Shown: one piece after another, positions 11,901 to 25,474 of the stretch
How the letters are laid out: every line of letters starts with the position of its first letter
How positions within the stretch are numbered: the stretch's first letter is position 1
The notes under the pieces: model-generated
Told to the model about the DNA's origin: nothing
Databases searched by the model: none
Seen by the model: only the letters and a program-made list of their open reading frames with translations
DNA from: Spizellomyces punctatus DAOM BR117
Lineage: Eukaryota
DNA: 50,911 nt
Assembly (NCBI GenBank): GCA_000182565.2
Contig: KQ257455.1
Strand: one strand, 5' to 3'
Made by a program: the position numbers and the translations under genes

Positions 11901-14900
11901 ATCAGATGCTAAGATACTGCGGAATTCTACCCGCTTTTGCGAAATCGTAAATGTTTGACCTTCGTGAATTATGCCTCTTATCGGAATATTCTCCATCATT
12001 CGGTTTCCCTCCACGTCTCCCTGATTTCTCGAAGTGATACAGAGACTACCAAACGTAATGCCATCTGGGTTTGTCAACGAACGCGCATTGGGATGATTGG
12101 CGGGCAGCCTGGAGTCTTCCCTTGCATATGCTCTCACTCGTACTTCAATGGAGCCTCGTGGATTTAACGTCACCGACCCTACCAGAGGAGAATTGGAAAA
12201 GCGCGATAATACATCCAACCTAACAAATTCGGCAACGTCGAGGGTGAGAGTAAACCCGATATCAAACTTAACCTCCTCATCAGCCGTGTTCACGATGGTA
12301 AACCATGTGTCACATGGTAGAGCGGTCGGTATATGTGGATGAGTTAAAGGTGGTAGCACCAGCTCTCCCGACACCAGGCGTTCAAAGCGTAGTTCGAACA
12401 GGGTTAACTGGCAGCTGACGGCAATCCCCATCACATTGCGCGGATTGAATAAGTTCACTATTCCAATATTGAGTATGTGGGGCCCAATGGCTCTGGGTTC
12501 CAACACGCGCGGTTTCAGCACAGCATCTATCACTTGAGTTCCGTTTGCGTCAACTTTACTCTTGGTTGCTCCGGCATTCTTTTCCTCTCCTGACACTATG
12601 TCAAGAGCATCTGGAAGCTGCAGCTCATACAACAAGGGGATATCCGCGAGATTACGGAGAGTAAACTTAAGCTTGGCGTCATTCCAGCTATTGAAATGCC
12701 CAACTTTGCCGAGATCCACCAGAGTGGGTTCCACCTCGCCGCGTGATAGACAATATGACGCTTGTAGATCGACCACCCCGAGAGTCAGCTTCTTTCTGAC
12801 GTCCTCAAAACACAGAATTCCTCTCAGTGTGAACTTCTTCCCGCTGACAAGATTGCCAACTGCCTCATCATTTCCGGCCAAGGCAGACGGGCTTGGGATT
12901 GACACATATGCCGTAATCTTTTCTCCTGGTTGGATCGAAATCTTGGGGCTGCATGGCTTCCAACCGTCTTTTGGGCAAGCCATACTGATAGGAGCATTTT
13001 CTGCACTAATTTCGAGCAGACCGTTTGATACACGCTCGTTCGTTATACGGGCTTCACTGCGTACACTCCATCTGATATTCAAATCGAGGTCACTTGTGGC
13101 GGCGATTATGAGGACTGTGTTGGAGATGTTCTCCACTGCAAGAGATTTCTCGTACAACGGCAGTGCATCAGCTCCTTCTCGCCTTTGAAGTACGACCTGC
13201 TTTTCTTCCACGACATTCGGAGCGACCGATGATGTCCCTTGAGATCTTGTTATGTCACTCACAGGAACATCCACATAAATATCGTCCCATCGAACAGCCG
13301 ATGGTTGAGCGGATGGTTGAGCGGCCGCAGCAGGTAAAACGTCGCTGGTAAGAGTTCTCGTACCTGTCAAGGCCCTAAGAGGCGCGCAAGGACCGACTTT
13401 CACCATCCCCATGTCCGCGAACAGGCGTACCTCTACCTTGACCTTCTGCGCAGAGTTATTCAAATTGATAGCATTAATAAAATGCTGGATGAAACCATAG
13501 CCAGTGCATCGCAAATGGAAAGTGATGCGTTCCCGAGGTGACGATCGATTGCCCTCAACGCCACTGGGGATGCCCATTGCACTTTGCTCGGAACCAGCGA
13601 CGCCCTCTGTTCGACCTTCCAACCTGCCTACGTAATCGGCAAGTTCTATCTGAGGATTGGAAGACTGGAGACGAAACTCTAAGGGTAGCTTGCTAGATAA
13701 GTTGCATACGTAGAAACTTCCGCTGAATATTCCCCCTATCTCGGAAGTGCAGCCCAGGTCGATGAGAGCATCAGAGACACTCAAAAGAGACTGACCAATG
13801 ACCGCGCTAAATTTGGCGGTGTACGTCGTGAGATGATACAGTGTGTCTACTGGAGCTCCGGCCTCATTTTGGGTTACGCGATCAACAGAAGCAGGTGAAA
13901 ACTGTTCCTTCTTCAAAACGAGGAACTTGATACCTCCTACGAGTGTCCGATAGTCATCGCCCGATGAGTTTCCGGTCGCGGTACCGGACCCACCAGCCGT
14001 GACGGATGCGACACTCTGACCCTTGGCTGCACCGGGACCCGTTCGCCTTGCCGAGGTCCCACCCAAATACGGCTGCAGCGCTATGTACACGGTTAAGCGT
14101 TTCTGCGGCGCCAGCGGGACTTCCGTTGCCGGAATTTCCGAATTCGGGTCGGTAAAAATGAAACATTGTTGTGCCAAATTTGACACTGCGCTAATGTACA
14201 GATCCTCGTCAGACACATTCTCGACTTCATACGGGACTATTCGCGCATATTTCTTTTGGCCGTCGAGATAGCAGTAGCCTAAATCCAGCTCTGCCGATGT
14301 CGCCAACGGATCTGGCAGGGAGGGGAAGCGCAAGTAGACCGGTGCTATAGCATAAAATAAGAAGGTCACAGTTGCGGGTTGTCCTGTGATCTGATTCATA
14401 ATAGAAAATGTCTGCGATTGGCGACCAACTATTGTTGGTGTGATCCAGAGCTCTACCCGGCGGGTTTCTTTCTGGGAAAGAGTGCCATGTACGTAGTTGA
14501 AGTTGAGAATTGAGGGACCTTCAGGTGGAATGATTGTGAAAGGAAGTGCCGCTGGGCTTCGATTTGTCATAGTAAAATAACAATCCTTGCGTTCCATAAT
14601 TTTGATGTTTCCGAGTTCAATCTGCGGAACTTCTACGATCAGAGTCGGCACCGGTTCAACGGCAGAGACATTGGGCTCCGGTCCTGGCTCGCGGGTGGGT
14701 GAGGGAGGCCCAGCTGGAGGGCTTGCTGGAAGTCCTTGCACATTGGATTCCACAAAGTTCGGTGGTGAACTTGGTGAAGACTGAAGAACGCCTGGAAAGA
14801 GGCGCGGAGAAGGAGAACGACCATCTGCAGAACGATCTCCCAAGAATGCGGAGACGGTTGCGGCTTCCCCTGGCTGCAACATATCACGTACGGCAGTGGG

Positions 14901-17900
14901 TTGTCTCTCTTGTTGCTCAGCAAGTGCTTCCAGATACGAACGATGATCGTAGCATACAAGCGCACTGAAAGAAACCTCTTTGGTGAGGTCCGTATTCTTA
15001 TGCTCGTGGACATAGAGCACGCCAGAACAGGTTTCACGGAGTCCATGTGTACTCTCGGCAGTATTTGGCAGAGGTGGTGACGACCGTCCAGAAAACCCCG
15101 GGTCTTCGCCCTTCCCTTCCAGGGAGGACACGCTGCTAGACAGTGTCGTTTCCAACGAGTCATCTGCGGTCGAGGCCCTAAACCCTGATACCGTCACTGC
15201 CGATTCCGACGCCTTTTCAATGGGACGGAAGAAGACAGCAACTGCTCGGATTGTCCGCGGCTCAATCGCGAACACAATACTGTGCTCTGTCCGTTTGACC
15301 TTCAACGACGCTGGGAGGGTGAGTGCACCTGGCTGCTGCTGATCGGCTGTCGGCTGACTTTCAGGACTGAAAGCAAGCTGGGACGGACGGCGACTAATGT
15401 CCACACTCTCAGCAACAGAATTAATTCTCGCACGCTCATTTCCAACTGGTTCCGAGTTATAGTCTTGGTCTATCTGGGTATTCGGCGTTGTCTCACCATT
15501 CTCTACATCTGCAGCAGCAGGTAACAGAGAGCTTTGCAAATCCTTTTTCTGGTCGTTCGTGGGCTCTTCTTCAGCATATTCGTCGACCACAATACCAGCA
15601 CGTAGTTTGTCCAACTTCTCGATCAGCTTTTTCACCTTGTCCTTTCGGCCCTTTCGCCTGGCTATCTTCAGTTTCTGCTCCAAATGCTCGATTTCCTCCT
15701 CCATCTCCTTTGAGAGCATCATGATAGGTCGGCGCCGACGTCGTCTAGGTTCGCCATCCGGTGCGCTCACGTCTTCAACATAATCGTCCTCGTTATCAAC
15801 GACATCAAAAGAGAATGTCCCAACACACCCTACGAATTGGAGTTCCTGAGGATCAATTCGCACCTCGAATGTGCGGATTTTCTTGAAACTGGTGTTTGAA
15901 ATTACTATATGCTGGACCGTAGAACACAGTTCGTTGATAAGGCATGGACCAAAGTCAATTGACAGATTTTCGATAAAGAAAGGCGCGGGCTTGCGGATGT
16001 TGGCTTTCACAGAAATGACCTGATCATTTTCACGATCTTGGACATTCTCAATGGTTAGACGCTCATGAAAAGGCCCCGCAAGGGAAGGATCAAACATGAA
16101 TTCGATCTCGCGCTTGCCGTAACCACGTACCACGCCCATTCGTGATTCACCAAGGATCAGGTCTCCGGAGGCAATAGACCCAGACTTGCGTATCGCATAT
16201 AGCAGAGGTGCTTCCGAATTATTACGTATAACAATAGTTTTGGTGCGATGTTCGTTTTTGTTGAGCGGCCCGAAATTAATGTTTTTCTGATTGAGATCCA
16301 TGAAGGAGCGACAAAGCGATGAACGCAACATCAACTCTCTGACGGGGATGAGATCTTGATGGCCTTGTAGCAATTGTTCAAACTGGGGTTGTTGAAGTTC
16401 CCTATCGAACTCCACAAGCCTCAAAAACACTCGAGCATCCTGCTTGCGTGGCGCCCCCTAGCAGAATAATTGCAATATTAATTAGTCCGCAGGTATTGCG
16501 GTGATGTATGTGAGTTTGAACGTACCTGAACATAGGGCTTATTTCCGGCAGCCGGAGTAAAGACCAGCACTATAGGCATGTCACTCTCAGCAGGCACTTC
16601 CACTAGGGAGACTGGAACTAGCCGTCCGTCCTGTATTGCATTCTCCAGCTCCCGGTTGAGGTGAAGTCGCGCGCGGACGTATTTCTCTTCTCCAGAGGGT
16701 TTTGGGAACATGGGAGGAAATTTACCTGTTGCACTCTCCAGCATTGTCAGTAATACGTCAATTGCAATCTTGGATGATTCCAGCACATTATTCAGCATTG
16801 TTGTCGAACGCTTTTCGGCTTGTTCGACATTCCGCAAGGCTAAATCAATGGACTTTGTCATGTCTTGCTCGACCTCCTCTTCCTCCCCGACTATTCTTGC
16901 AGACTCATTGGATGCATCGTCTCCTAAACCCGAACTGTTCTTCACGCCACTCGAACTCGGTCGCCCTGACGTGTCCTCTTCAACTGAGTTCGGCTTACGA
17001 TCGCGGAATTGGGTACGTAAATGTTTCAGAGTGCTCACGGGAAAATGTTGCACATGAGTGCGCCGACGTGGGGAACGACGCCCGTCCTTGCTGACAATGG
17101 ATGACGCTAGGTCCAGGTAGTCTGTTGTTCCAGTGGCTTCCGAAACATCGCCAAATGACCGGAGCTTGGCAAGTGCGGCGGGAATCGCCTTCGCGGGTGC
17201 AGAAATTGCTCCATTTGAGCCTTCTGTCCGCGGCAGTTTACGCCGATCACTTATCGATTCCAGTAGACGCTCTCGTCTCTCCACAGTACTAGAGGATGGG
17301 AGCTCATGAGCTGGGGATATGGGCCGGCCCTTTGTGTATATTTTTATGTCTTCGGGTAAAGATGCTTCGATTTCCAACACGAGGCGCTTCTTTGAGATAT
17401 TGGCTATGGTGAAGGTTCTTACTACGGGTGAATTGAGTACGACTGCCCCAAAATCAATGAAATTTGTGGATGTTGGTGTCAGTACACGATAGAAGAGGGA
17501 ATGGAAAGTAACCCGGTGTTTGTCGATGTTAGTGGATCGAACCTCAACGCTTTGGGTATTATCTCTATTGAGAAGATTGACCACCGTAATTTGTTTCCGG
17601 TAATCTGGGTTAACCTTTCGTGGATATATATCAATCTTTGCCTCTATCGACTGCTTCGGTGGAATAGTGATTTCGTCTCGAAATGTGTTGAGAACTTTTG
17701 ACACAAAGCGTAGTTCCACGCGGGCGGTCAAATCGGAGCAATTTGTAATCTGAATTGGCAAGGAATTCAACGTGCCTACATCTGTGTCTCCAAAGTTGAC
17801 AACGGTTGGAGAGACTTCGATAAATGATGTACATGCTCTGGCCTTGCATTGAATGATCTTCTTTTCTTTCACCAGTGCCCCAGGATGAGCGTAAGCCAGC

Positions 17901-19901
17901 GTAATGCGGAAATTTCGCTTGGTGAGTCGACCACCTCGATAGTCTGGGGTCAGCGCGTCTTTCTCTGGTCGAAAACACACTTCGATTATTCGCTCACTCC
18001 CGGGTCGAAGCGCCATCTCTTCAATTCGTCGGTACTCCTCCCCATTGCTACCAACCCCCTCGCCAACCGTTCGTTCCAAATAATCCGAATCTTCTGACTC
18101 TGCATCATCGTCCTGCTCAGCCGTAAGCTTCGATGTCGCTGCAATCAAGGCGGCGAGATCAGCCGATGAATGCTCCATGTCTTCTGTTTCACTTTCTTCT
18201 CTACTCAGTAAGGAAGGCGACGATGGTCTGGAACTCACAGCGCTGGGTGGGTGGGAGATGTCACTGTTGGTTGTTGACACGAAGGAAAGCTCACGGAGCC
18301 TATCTATTAAGCGATCGCCTACTTCCGTCAGCGTCGGTCGTCCTTCGTGCGCATTCTCATGCGCCGATTCTTCCCGCTGGAACACGACTCCTGCAGTATC
18401 AGCGGAGAAGCCAATTTCTAAAGGAATTTCTGATATATTGCGCAGCACAAGACGTTGCTTCGCCCATTGACCTGAAGAACAATCACCAAAATCTAATACC
18501 GTGCCGCTGCTGACGACCAGAGACTCTTCACGCAGAGCGGATCGCACTACTGCATGAATTGTAGCTTGCACAGTATTTCCAGAATCATTCGCGTTCTCCA
18601 ATTGAAGATCATAATTAAATTCGCCCACTTCTCGGGGACGGAATGTGATGCGAATTCTGCGCGGAGAGTAAGAAGGGATCGGCTTTCCATCTAGTGGCTC
18701 CCCCGTGTCGTAATCAGACAACTTTAGCCAAGTGTTATCTTGTCGGTTAGACAAGTCGACTGTGTTTAGGATCCAATACAAGTCGATTTCGGATCTGTTC
18801 CAAACGGTGAAATCCTTAAAGTATGTTCCTCCAACAACGCAATCGTCAAACATTAGGCCAGTATCTCCAATGTCAGTCCAGAGCACTGAGCGGCAAACTC
18901 TTGAACGAAATTTCACAGTAACCTAAGTCAGAGCGCATTATGCCAAGCTGACCCCACGCCTTATCATCGAGACGTGCGCTTACCTGGTAGTCCGGCGGTG
19001 ATTGAGTGTTTGGTGTCAAAATCTCATCTTCATCTCGACCAAGGGCACTTCCGCCCTTCACCTTCCAGCTTTCAATCCCACTGCTACGATCGCCGTCAGT
19101 ACCTATCTTTGGACCCTTTGTGTCCCATTCTTGAAGTATCGGAGCAACCGATGCGGTAACATCCAAAGTTCCATTTCTTTGTTCTGGGAACTTCCCATCG
19201 ATTCGGTAGGCGAAAAAGAAAAGCAAGCCATTAACCTCGAAGAAGTCATATGTCTCGTCTTCACCGGCGAGCCCTTCAATCTTTGCAGATTTGTCTCCTC
19301 CTGCATCATCACGATCACCCGACCGCCGTCCCCTGCCAGGCGCTTCCGGCAAAAAGGCCAAGATTACTTTTGTTGCTTCTCCCGGTGCAATACAGAGTTC
19401 ATCGATGTGATTGACATAATTGAATAACTGATTAAATTGATGCCCGTGTAATGCATTCTGTTCAGTCCCAAATACACCAATTGCCGCCGCGGCTACCGTA
19501 TTTGTGGTTATTGGAATGGGTGTGTCCGCAGATGCCTCACTAGGTGTGTCCGGCTCTGGTGACGTTTGATAGTTGAAGAACGGATCCAGATCCGAAAGGC
19601 CAGATTCTACAGAGGAGGACAAAGACGTCGACGATGGATCCGGCTGAGATAATCTGCGACTCTCTGGCCGTCGGTCGCGGTCGGGAAGATTCTCGTTGGT
19701 CAGTTGAAATGCAATCTGCGAACCGAGCGTCGAACGCAGCTTCACCGTAAGGTACGAAGAAGAAATATTTCGAAGCTCAAAACGCCGTAGTGCATGAAGC
19801 CCATTGAGATAGACGCTATCCAAAACGAGTTTATTGGACATGTTCACCATCTCCAACAGCGGCCGACCCGTTGGCGGAACAACCTCCGACGTAGCCATCA
19901 C
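8929..19901 (-). CDS. Giant (~3,500 aa) protein with many Ig-like ASH (ASPM-SPD2-Hydin)/MSP-like domains
   Basis: Large exons 19901-18984, 18922-16526 and 16457-9813 join in frame via canonical introns, followed by about five small exons to the stop at 8929. Recurrent [IL][DN][FL]G...[IL]xN units: LDFGDC, VNFGDT, IDFGAV, INFGPL, IDFGPC, IELGNI, LDLGYC, IDLGCT, VDLGKV, LDLGQQ. Confidence 0.8.
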
Positions 19902-20332
19902 CGGCTAAGCTTTAAAAGTCAGTTGTTCAGCGGAGTTTTCTATACCCAATCCATCCACTTGATAACTAGATTTGTTGAAGACACACTCGGATTACACCAG
20001 GGTTGCTCCTCTGCTACAAATGAGAGACATTGCCACTTCAAAAACGCTGAACGCTCTCCGCAGCCAAGTGAATCAACTGCATTAATGATCACTTACAGCA
20101 GGAAAGTATTTCCCAGAGGAACAAGAGTAATCATCAGTGCGAGATTGTCAACATGAACCAAGGAAATTTGAAGTGTGATGTCGGTCGTGAGGATCTCGCA
20201 AAAATCCTGAACCCGACAAAGATCGGGCAAATTCTGACTCATCGGCGGACCCTTTGACAGATGGCAGTGGCACAGATCGACCCTCGTCCGCGACGAGTCT
20301 TTGTCCGTTCTTGTTTTTTGCTTGAGGGACAG

Positions 20333-21469
20333 ATGCCTTTTGGACAGATTGTCGTCGGGCCACCGGGGTCTGGAAAGACCACGTATTGTCACGGCATGTC
20401 TCAATTCTATGCTGCAACGAATAGGTAAATGTCCGGCTTCAGATAGTGATCAATTTGGCCTTCCTGTCCTAATGAGATTCTTCATGCAGGGACGTTGCCA
20501 TTGTCAACTTGGATCCTGCAAATGAGGGAATGCCGTACGTGTCCAAACTCTTCATGCGTTTGGATGTGCAAGCAACTCTGATGCAGCTTTAGATATACCC
20601 CAGATATCAACATATCGGAGCTGATCACGTTGGAGGATGCCATGAAGGAATTTGGGTTGGGACCAAACGGAGGTACGTGTAGTTACTCTTTCTCAATAAG
20701 GTTGATTTTCATCTCAGATATCTCTTGCTCGCAGGCTTGATATATTGCATGGAATACCTGGAAAAGAATATGGACTGGTTGGAGAAACGGTTGGAGGATG
20801 TCAAAGGTAGATCAACAAGAAGATAGTCTCAAAGCATGACATTGTCTAATCCTGGCAAAAAGAAAAGTACATCCTCTTTGACTGCCCGGGGCAAGTAGAG
20901 CTCTTTACACATCATAACTCGGTCAAAAACATTGTGGATCGTCTCCAAAAGCTCGATTACCGGCTGTGTTGCACGCACCTTGTGGACGCGCATTATTGCG
21001 TAGATCCTTCCAAATATGTTGCCTTATTGCTCTTATCCTTGAAGACAATGATACAGTTAGAGTTACCTCACGTCAATGTGCTGTCCAAGGTGGATCTCAT
21101 TGAATCGTACGGGACGCTGGGTATGACTACCGGATTGGTGTCGAAGCTGTTTTGTAGCTAATCTGCGGCATCCCGCTTGCAATTACAGCTTTCAATCTCG
21201 ACTTTTATACTGAAGTTCAAGACTTGTCGTATCTATTGCAACAACTGAATGAAGACGCGTTTGGAAAAAAGTACGTGAAGCTAAACGAAGCTTTATGCGA
21301 GCTTGTGAAAGAGTTTAGTCTGGTTGGTTTCTACACTCTGTCTATCGAAGACACGAAGAGTGTCCTGAGACTCGCCCGAATCATTGATAAAGCAAACGGA
21401 TATGTTTATGGAGGACTGGACCCGGAACTCGAGCCCTCGTTGACAACTGACCCTGCAGGTTTCACGTAG
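20333..21469 (+). CDS. GPN2: GPN-loop GTPase 2
   Basis: [20 protein letters not shown]-loop, [14 protein letters not shown] (GPN loop), [12 protein letters not shown] and [14 protein letters not shown]; multi-exon. Confidence 0.9.
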
Positions 21470-21676
21470 CAGCCTTGCAATGTAGCGAAGTATTTTGAGA
21501 CCTAACCCGACTGAGCAACTGTAAATATGTCATTCTAGCATTTGTATATAAAGGTTAGCTAGTACGAAGGATGGGCGTTCCGCCAATTGTTGATGCATGA
21601 GCTGTCAAAAATCATGGCTCGAGAGAAGCCTACTCCAAAAGCTTTATTGGATTGAACTGGCTAAAATATCAAGCCC

Positions 21677-22594
21677 TTAGTTGATCTTCAACAATTCCAC
21701 CTCGAAAGTCAAGTCGGCCTTAGGGGGGATACCTACAAGTACATGAACTGTGAGTAAATTTGGCATTGCGATTTTACGATGCGCTCAGCGGCTTTACCTG
21801 CGGGGTGACCCCTGTACACAATATCAAAGCAAAGCCATTAGCGACTGCAATATGCAAAGAGGATCAATGATCAATGGCACACCTTTCACCGTATGCGTAG
21901 TCGTATGTGATAAACAGCTTTGCCTTTTCACCAAGAGACATTTGAGGCACACCTTCGTCCCAGCCTGCACAATTACTGGTCAGTCCCGATCTCAATGCAG
22001 GCAATGAGATGATGCGAATGAATTACCCTTAATAACCTGTCCGACGCCAATCTATGAACAACAGATCCATATTATCAGCAGTGGCAGATTACGTGATAAA
22101 TTCCAAGTCACAGTTGACGATACCTTGGTGACGAAAGGCTGGCCACGGTCCCTGCTGCTGTCAAACTTGCCACCATCCTTTGTGAACTGAATACCAGAGC
22201 AATGTAAGAGCGTCCTCTTTAGTCAAAGGACAAGGACAATGCAGTGATACTTACAGTACCAACATAGTGCATGGTGACCGAGTCACCCTATTAAGATCTT
22301 GGCGTTAAATTACGAACAACAAGCGCAAGTGTGCTTCAACCGCATAAAGCTATCATCTTCATACCTTCTTGGGGAAGTTGACACCGTCGCCGGCCTTGAT
22401 GGTTTCCTTAGTGACACCCTAAAGCAAGCCATCTGAGTACCATCAAAAGGAATTTGGCGTGCACCATATAGAATGTGAAAGGCTAATTGCCACAAACATA
22501 CCATGTTGAAAGCAGAAGCGTGAAAACGACGTGTCAAGAGTGTTTGATGAGATGAGATGCGAAGCGAACCGAGTGGGATGGTACGACGAAACAT
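21677..22594 (-). CDS. FPR1: FKBP12-type peptidyl-prolyl isomerase with in-frame upstream mitochondrial presequence
   Basis: Spliced [30 protein letters not shown]...FDSSRDRG...[12 protein letters not shown]...YAYGERG...[17 protein letters not shown] from the ATG at 22504. An upstream in-frame ATG at 22594 adds [30 protein letters not shown]. Confidence 0.92.
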
Positions 22595-22674
22595 GCTCAA
22601 AAGCTGAGGAAGGCCAGGGGTCGATCACCTCCTTTCCATAACAGGAACATAAGCCACAGTTGAGCCATCTCGGG

Positions 22675-22688
22675 ATAACCATGGCAAC
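22675..22688. promoter_or_regulatory. RFX X-box-like motif in the FKBP/ATP16 bidirectional promoter
   Basis: ATAACCATGGCAAC matches RTHNYYWTRRNRAC and sits at the midpoint between the two ATGs. Confidence 0.55.
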
Positions 22689-22755
22689 TGGACACTCGGC
22701 CTTGAGGTCTCTTGCCGACCTCGACCTTCCCCGTAGCAAAATCCCACAACGAAAC

Positions 22756-23645
22756 ATGTTCCGTTTAGCGACTCGCGCGGTCCGTCCCATTGCCCGATAC
22801 CCTCTGGGTAGGTCAAAACTGACTGTGGAAGGGGTGAGATGAGTATCCTCATGTACTTACCGTTCTCGTAGCGCGTGCCTATGCAACCGAAGCGTCCGGC
22901 GCTGGCAAGCTCCGCTTGAGCTTTACCCTCCCTCATCAGGTGTGTTTAGGACGCAGTGCTGACAATTGAATTCATTTGGTATGATGGGCATGAGAAACAG
23001 GAGGCGAAAGCAAACAGATCCCCGAATTTGGGATGCATTCGCCCACATATTTCTGCCCGAGCGCCGTAATAGTGTTATGCCCCCAATCGAATGAGAAATT
23101 TCAGGAGGATAGACCTGCGCTAACTGCAATCCTCCAATTACGATACATAGACCCTCCTCAGCGACGTTGAAGTCACTCAAGTAAACTTGTCCTCATCTGA
23201 GGGCGACATGGGTATCCTCGGGGAACACGTACCCACGGTTGCTCAGCTGAAACCTGGAGTAATTGAAATCTTCTCCGCTACGGACAAGCCCAAGAAGTTC
23301 TTTGGTAAGTACTGCCGGCACATTGTAGTCCAAGGCAGAAGTTAACTTGCGTGAATCCATCGCAGCAAGCGGAGGCTTTGCCATTATCAACCCTGATTCC
23401 ACCCTCAACATCAACGCTTTGGAGGCCTTCCCTATTGAGGAACTTGATGTCGACGTAAGCTCGCGGTGCATCTATTGATGGAGACGGGTCAGCTAAATAC
23501 ATACTAAACATGCCAGGCTGCCCGCCGCGCTCTCGATGACGCTACTCGCCGCTCAACCTCGGCTGCCACCGAAGCAGAACGAGTCGCCGCCAAAATTGAA
23601 CTTGAGGTGTATGAGGCTGTGGTTACCGCTGCCGGGAAGCAATAA
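22756..23645 (+). CDS. ATP16: Mitochondrial F1 ATP synthase delta subunit
   Basis: Presequence MFRLATRAVRPIAR; KLRLSFTLPHQ, QVNLSSSEGDMGILGEHVPTVAQLKPGVIEI, SGGFAIINPDSTLNINALEAF and AKIELEVYEA. Confidence 0.92.
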
Positions 23646-23718
23646 ATTAATGTATCTACGGACTCACGAAAAATCGTAATAGTTGCAACGTCATTTGTAT
23701 TTTTTTGAGTTTCAACCA

Positions 23719-25309
23719 TCATTGGAAAAACACCTCTGCTGCACCCTCCGCCCCCTCGAGTGATATGACTCGCTCCTTCACTTTATCTGACCATTCCCCA
23801 AGCCTGTCGCGGATGGTTCCAATTTGAGTCTTGTCCAAAACTCGTGGCTGCACCCAGGTTACCTACGAGGCATACTAAATCAGCCATGAATGTTCAAATG
23901 AAAGAGGCATCGGTTAGGAGACATACCATCACGATCTGATCCACCTCATCAATCTTTCCTTTGATCAACCCTAAACTCAATGCTTTCATCACCAGATGTT
24001 CCACCTCCTCAATTAACACCCTGGTTTCTTGTGAGATCGCGGCAAAAGTCATGCGTCCCCGGGACTCCTTACTCCGCTTGAATACGGCCTCAATAAGGGT
24101 CATCAAGCACAGTTTTTGGCGGAGGAATGGAATCGAACTGACAAGAAGGGGCTGTAAACCGGTAGCAGTAGCGACATGAGATGTGATTCTAATCATTTGA
24201 GCGAGATTGCTCCTACCTGCTTCAAAAAGTCACCACTTCGGCTGATTTTCTCGAAAGCGTCCATATCGCCACCATTGAAGCAGAAGAGCATGTGCCTGAG
24301 CCAGTCATATCCTGTGCCCTTCAGACTATCCAAGATTTGATGCTGAAGCTGTGACACATGGATGAGTCTCCTACGAACAAATGACCCACTACAATAGATA
24401 GTTACCAATTCCCCAAAGTTGTACACGCCTTCGCCAAGAAGTGCACTAATTGCAAGCTCATATGCGCGCTCCTGTTTCTCCAAATCGCTCAACTCCTCCA
24501 AGGAGACCGATGACAGGAATAGTAAGGCATTGTGGTAGTATTGCGGGTAGGCCATTTTCGCCTGTGGTGCAACTTGGATGAGGCTTTCTTACAAAAGATT
24601 GATTCAATATCCAGCAATTAACCTTGTAATAATCAGCAGCAACACGATAGAAGCTCGCATTTATCACTGGCTCGGTCACAGGAAGTTCGTCCAATATCTT
24701 CTCACACTCGTCAATCGCCGCCTTACAACCCTCCAAATCTCCTATCGCACGCTTGTAATGAGCCGCTTCCATGGTGGCCAGTACATAAGCGTCCTTGGAA
24801 TCAGCCTTTTCCTTGAGCTTGTCTGCTTGGTTGGTCAAAAAAGCCAGCGATTCCTTGGGATCTGAAAGATATTGTGTTTAATATGGCCCATATTCAATTT
24901 CACGCTCATAAAAGTATTACCTCGGAGCTCTCTGCTGGCTCTTGTAACAAATCTAACCAGACTAAGCTGGTTCATTTTCTTCTCCCAGTCCACGATGAAG
25001 TTCTCGTACAGAGCAAATAGGTGAGACCCAGAGGACGGCTGCGCGACAAAACTCTCCAGCGCATTCGTCAGTTGATGCCATAGTCTGAAAAACGAAAAAA
25101 ATCGGGCATTCAGCGACAAGAAAGACCAGAAATATCACCTTTAACTCAGATACGTCAGGTATTATTCGTTTCATTCAAGAGGCTTACTTTTTGTCATACA
25201 AATCTTCAAATGTTGTGTAAAACTCTCTCAACTCTTGGGGAGCTTTTGCCCGCTGCTCTCTCAGAAACACCGTCACATCGCGGTCCAGGTCCATCGACTC
25301 CACACCCAT
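23719..25309 (-). CDS. RPN9: 26S proteasome lid subunit Rpn9/PSMD13
   Basis: LYDKKLWHQLT, LAISALLGEGVYNFGELL, EVEHLVMKALSLGLIKGKIDEVDQ and VTWVQPRVLD (PCI domain); multi-exon. Confidence 0.93.
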
Positions 25310-25415
25310 GACGCTTGCTGTTCTCGTCTGATAAACCGAAAGGAAGAAAGTTGGATGGACGCAAGATGCCTTTTACGTTTTGCAGCATACGAGTCCTGTA
25401 AGTGACGCGTTCGTC

Positions 25416-25429
25416 GGCGCCATGGTAAC
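25416..25429. promoter_or_regulatory. RFX X-box-like motif (with adjacent ACGCGT at 25405-25410)
   Basis: GGCGCCATGGTAAC, one mismatch to the X-box consensus, in the RPN9/hypothetical divergent gap. Confidence 0.45.
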
Positions 25430-25474
25430 CTTAATGAAGATTAGGTGATCATCCCGTCTTGACCGGCCTCCTTC

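Noticed and set aside
9790-19427. Many plus-strand ORFs up to 242 aa
   Set aside because: Antisense shadows of the giant minus-strand gene, with no recognisable motifs.
22981-22987. Box C-like ATGATGG in the ATP16 intron (C/D snoRNA)
   Set aside because: No downstream CTGA box D within the intron.
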